From Nitrospirota bacterium (GTDB taxonomy: Bacteria; Nitrospirota; UBA9217): DNA of 64,000 nucleotides. The translations under genes and the position numbers were made by a program. Under the pieces are notes generated by a model. The model ran no database searches. It saw only the letters and a program-made list of their open reading frames with translations, and was not told where the DNA came from. Positions 61,601 through 64,000 of the stretch are shown piece by piece (positions within the stretch are counted from its first letter, which is position 1; every line of letters begins with the position of its first letter). The DNA is taken from the NCBI GenBank assembly GCA_963840455.1, contig CAWIYV010000009.1, forward strand, positions 352,001-416,000, read 5' to 3'.

Positions 61601-62992
61601 ATGCTGAAGGTCCCCCGGCTCGTTGTCTCGGCTGTCCGGGGAGGGCTCGGCAAGACGACCCTCTCGCTCGGGATCATCGCAGCCTGGCGGAACCAGGGGA
61701 AAAAGGTCGCTTCGTTCAAAAAGGGGCCGGACTTCATTGACGCGGGCTGGCTCGGGGCCGCCGCAGGCAGGCCCTGTTATAATCTCGATCTCTTCCTGAT
61801 GGAGGAGGAGAGCATCCTCAGTTCCTTTGTCCGGCATTCCGCCGGCGCGGATGCGGCCGTGATCGAGGGGAACCGCGGTCTCTATGACGGCGTTGACGGG
61901 TCCGGGACCTACAGCACGGCGCGGCTGGCACGGTTGCTGGACGCGCCCGTGGTTCTGATCGTGGACTGCACCAAGTCGTCTGCGACGGTGGCGGCGGTGG
62001 TGCTCGGCATCAAGCAGTACGATCCCTCGGTCGCAGTTCGGGGGATCATCCTGAACAATGTGTCTCCGGGAAGGCACGAATCGGTCATCCGTCAGGCGAT
62101 CGAGCAGAGCGGTGGCCTTCGTGTTGTCGGCGCCGTGCCGCGGTTGAGGCATGGCGAGTTCCCTGAGCGGCACATGGGGCTCACGCCTTTTCAGGAGCAC
62201 CCGGATGTGGATACGGCGATCGCCGCGTCGGCGTCCGTGGCGGAGAAGTATCTCGATCTCGCGGCCCTCTGGCAGATCGCAGGCGACGCAGGACCTCTCG
62301 GACCCGTCAAACAGCCTGCCGGACCATCGGCGGATGTTGACCGACCTGTGGTCGGCGTGATAAGGGACAAGGCATTTCAGTTCTACTACCCGGACAATGT
62401 TGAAGCGCTCGAGCGATCGGGTGCGGTGCTCCGGGAGATCAGTGCGCTGCAAGACCAGGAACTGCCGCCGCTGGACGCGCTGTACATCGGGGGCGGTTTT
62501 CCCGAGACCCAGGCGGCTGAACTGGCCGGGAACGTGTCCTTCACCGCATCGGTCAAGGCAGCGGTGGAAAAAGGGCTTCCGGTCTACGCCGAGTGCGGTG
62601 GCCTGATCTATCTCGGCAGAAGCCTGAGGCTCGGGGAAACGGTCTATCCCATGACATCGGTACTGCCCGCGGACTTTGTGCTGGAAAAGAGGCCGCAGGC
62701 CCACGGGTATACTCAGCTGGAAACATCCGGGCCCAACCCGTTCTTTGAAATCAAGTGCAGTTTGCTGGGGCATGAATTCCATTACTCCCGCATCAAGAAC
62801 CTTGATGAGCTGCCCGGCATGGCGTTTACCATGCGCCGGGGCGCAGGGATCGATGGCTTGCGCGATGGACTGGTATACAAGAACGTGCTTGCGACGTACA
62901 CGCATCTCCATGCGCTGGGTGCGCCTCAATGGGCAGAGGCGCTGGTGCGGCGCGCACGGATGTTCCGCCGGGACAGCGCAGAGGAGAAGTGA
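61601..62992 (+). CDS. dsrN: Siroheme amidase DsrN (CobB/CbiA family)
   Basis: GKTT, KKGPDFID, IEGNRGLYDG, ERHMGL, YAECGG, GHEFHYS; dsr context. Confidence 0.88.
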   Translation: MLKVPRLVVSAVRGGLGKTTLSLGIIAAWRNQGKKVASFKKGPDFIDAGWLGAAAGRPCYNLDLFLMEEESILSSFVRHSAGADAAVIEGNRGLYDGVDGSGTYSTARLARLLDAPVVLIVDCTKSSATVAAVVLGIKQYDPSVAVRGIILNNVSPGRHESVIRQAIEQSGGLRVVGAVPRLRHGEFPERHMGLTPFQEHPDVDTAIAASASVAEKYLDLAALWQIAGDAGPLGPVKQPAGPSADVDRPVVGVIRDKAFQFYYPDNVEALERSGAVLREISALQDQELPPLDALYIGGGFPETQAAELAGNVSFTASVKAAVEKGLPVYAECGGLIYLGRSLRLGETVYPMTSVLPADFVLEKRPQAHGYTQLETSGPNPFFEIKCSLLGHEFHYSRIKNLDELPGMAFTMRRGAGIDGLRDGLVYKNVLATYTHLHALGAPQWAEALVRRARMFRRDSAEEK

Positions 62993-63354
62993 TGAAGGTG
63001 CGTGAAGAAAAGAATGCGCCGCCAAGCTGCCCCTTCTGCGGGGCCCATCTCAAACGGCCCGAGGAGATGAAGATCAGCCCGACCGACATTGTTCAGGGAG
63101 GTACCTGCGGCTGCGGTGCGCTCTATCTGGCGGACCCAACGGGTAAGGACGTGGGGTCCATGATGGCCCAGGCGCTCAATTGGGCTGCCGATACCCTCGG
63201 AAAGGGCGTGGGCGATTTGGCGCCCGACGAGGACTATCAGGACGCGGTCCTGAGCTATGACTGGAGAAATCACCGGTCAACCGGTGTCAGCAAGGGTTAT
63301 ATGGACAGGAACGGCAGGCTCTATATCATGAAGGTGGGCAAGAGAACAGCGTGA
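62992..63354 (+). CDS. Cys-motif hypothetical protein translationally coupled to dsrN
   Basis: CPFC...CGCG; TGATG stop/start overlap with dsrN. Confidence 0.7.
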   Translation: MKVREEKNAPPSCPFCGAHLKRPEEMKISPTDIVQGGTCGCGALYLADPTGKDVGSMMAQALNWAADTLGKGVGDLAPDEDYQDAVLSYDWRNHRSTGVSKGYMDRNGRLYIMKVGKRTA

Positions 63355-63365
63355 TGCATAGTGGC

Positions 63366-63395
63366 TTGCATTAACGGTATCTTTTGAGGTAGTAT
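63366..63395 (+). promoter_or_regulatory. Putative sigma70 promoter of dsrC
   Basis: TTGCAT-N18-TAGTAT. Confidence 0.45.
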
Positions 63396-63550
63396 AGCTA
63401 CCTGTTTACCGGCATGACGGAGGTGATGCCCGGAATGCGCTGTCGGTAACGGAAACGAATTAACAGGTACGGTGCGTCAAGCACGAGGACCTAATCACGA
63501 AGAGGCGCTCACAGAAGCGACCGTTCAATTTACGAAAGGGGACACAGAAC

Positions 63551-63886
63551 ATGGGAACAGTCACGGTAGCAGGCAAGACGATCGAAGTGGATGAGGACGG
63601 CTTTTTGGCCAACCTGGACGACTGGAACATGGACGTGGCGAAGTATTTCGCCGAGGTCGAGGGGATCGATATGACCGATCAGCACTGGGAGGTCGTGAAC
63701 TTCCTCCGCGACTACTACAAGCAGTACCAGATCGCGCCGATGATCAAGATCCTGGTGAAGGAGATCGGCAAGAAGCTCGGTCCGGACAAGGGCAATACCA
63801 AGTACCTCTATGAGCTCTATCCGGGCGGACCGGCAAAGCAGGCCTGCAAGATCGCCGGTCTTCCGAAGCCGACCGGCTGCGTGTAG
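63551..63886 (+). CDS. dsrC: Sulfur carrier DsrC
   Basis: DEDGFL, HWEVV, C-terminal CX10C (CKIAGLPKPTGC). Confidence 0.95.
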   Translation: MGTVTVAGKTIEVDEDGFLANLDDWNMDVAKYFAEVEGIDMTDQHWEVVNFLRDYYKQYQIAPMIKILVKEIGKKLGPDKGNTKYLYELYPGGPAKQACKIAGLPKPTGCV

Positions 63887-64000
63887 GGCGGTCACTTCTC
63901 ACAATTCAGGTGCAATCGCGCATCCGGGGATAAAACCCCGGAGGCGCGAGGCCTTGCGCACCATTCCGGACCTCGGACCCATCGAGATCAAGGGGGTGCG

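Noticed and set aside
63905-63962. ykkC/guanidine-riboswitch-like GGGATAAAA motif after dsrC
   Set aside because: It is a simple perfect hairpin (TCCGGGG-ATAAAA-CCCCGGA) lacking the 5' conserved half of the riboswitch.

Overview
GC-rich bacterial chromosomal window. The gene set (dsrAB-D-N-x-C, tilS-hpt-ftsH-folP-cdaA-cdaR-glmM, MglA-like GTPase) suggests a sulfite/sulfate-reducing Nitrospirota-like or deltaproteobacterial organism; this is inference, not a database result. It holds housekeeping blocks (uvrBC, ispDF, cysE, pepA, rlpA, comEC), a reductive-type dsr cluster at the right end, and a ~4.3 kb decayed island integrated at the 3' end of tRNA-Met (18-bp att repeat). It also has four copies of a small palindromic IS200/IS605-like miniature element, a solitary attC-like site, and many short tandem repeats at gene ends. 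The most striking feature is an unannotated 95-nt tRNA-Sec-like gene at 37439-37533. It has a UCA (opal-reading) anticodon, an 8/4 acceptor/T-stem fold and a cysteine-type U73 discriminator, resembling selC*/tRNA-ReC. It sits in an apparent LysR-controlled operon with an exported rhodanese, a RelE-fold-like protein, an HTH-less LysR, a Tat-type DsrE protein and a YedF-like protein. Several isolated indels (NCS2 permease, uvrC, rhodanese locus) suggest sequencing/assembly errors, so single-base claims need read-level checking.
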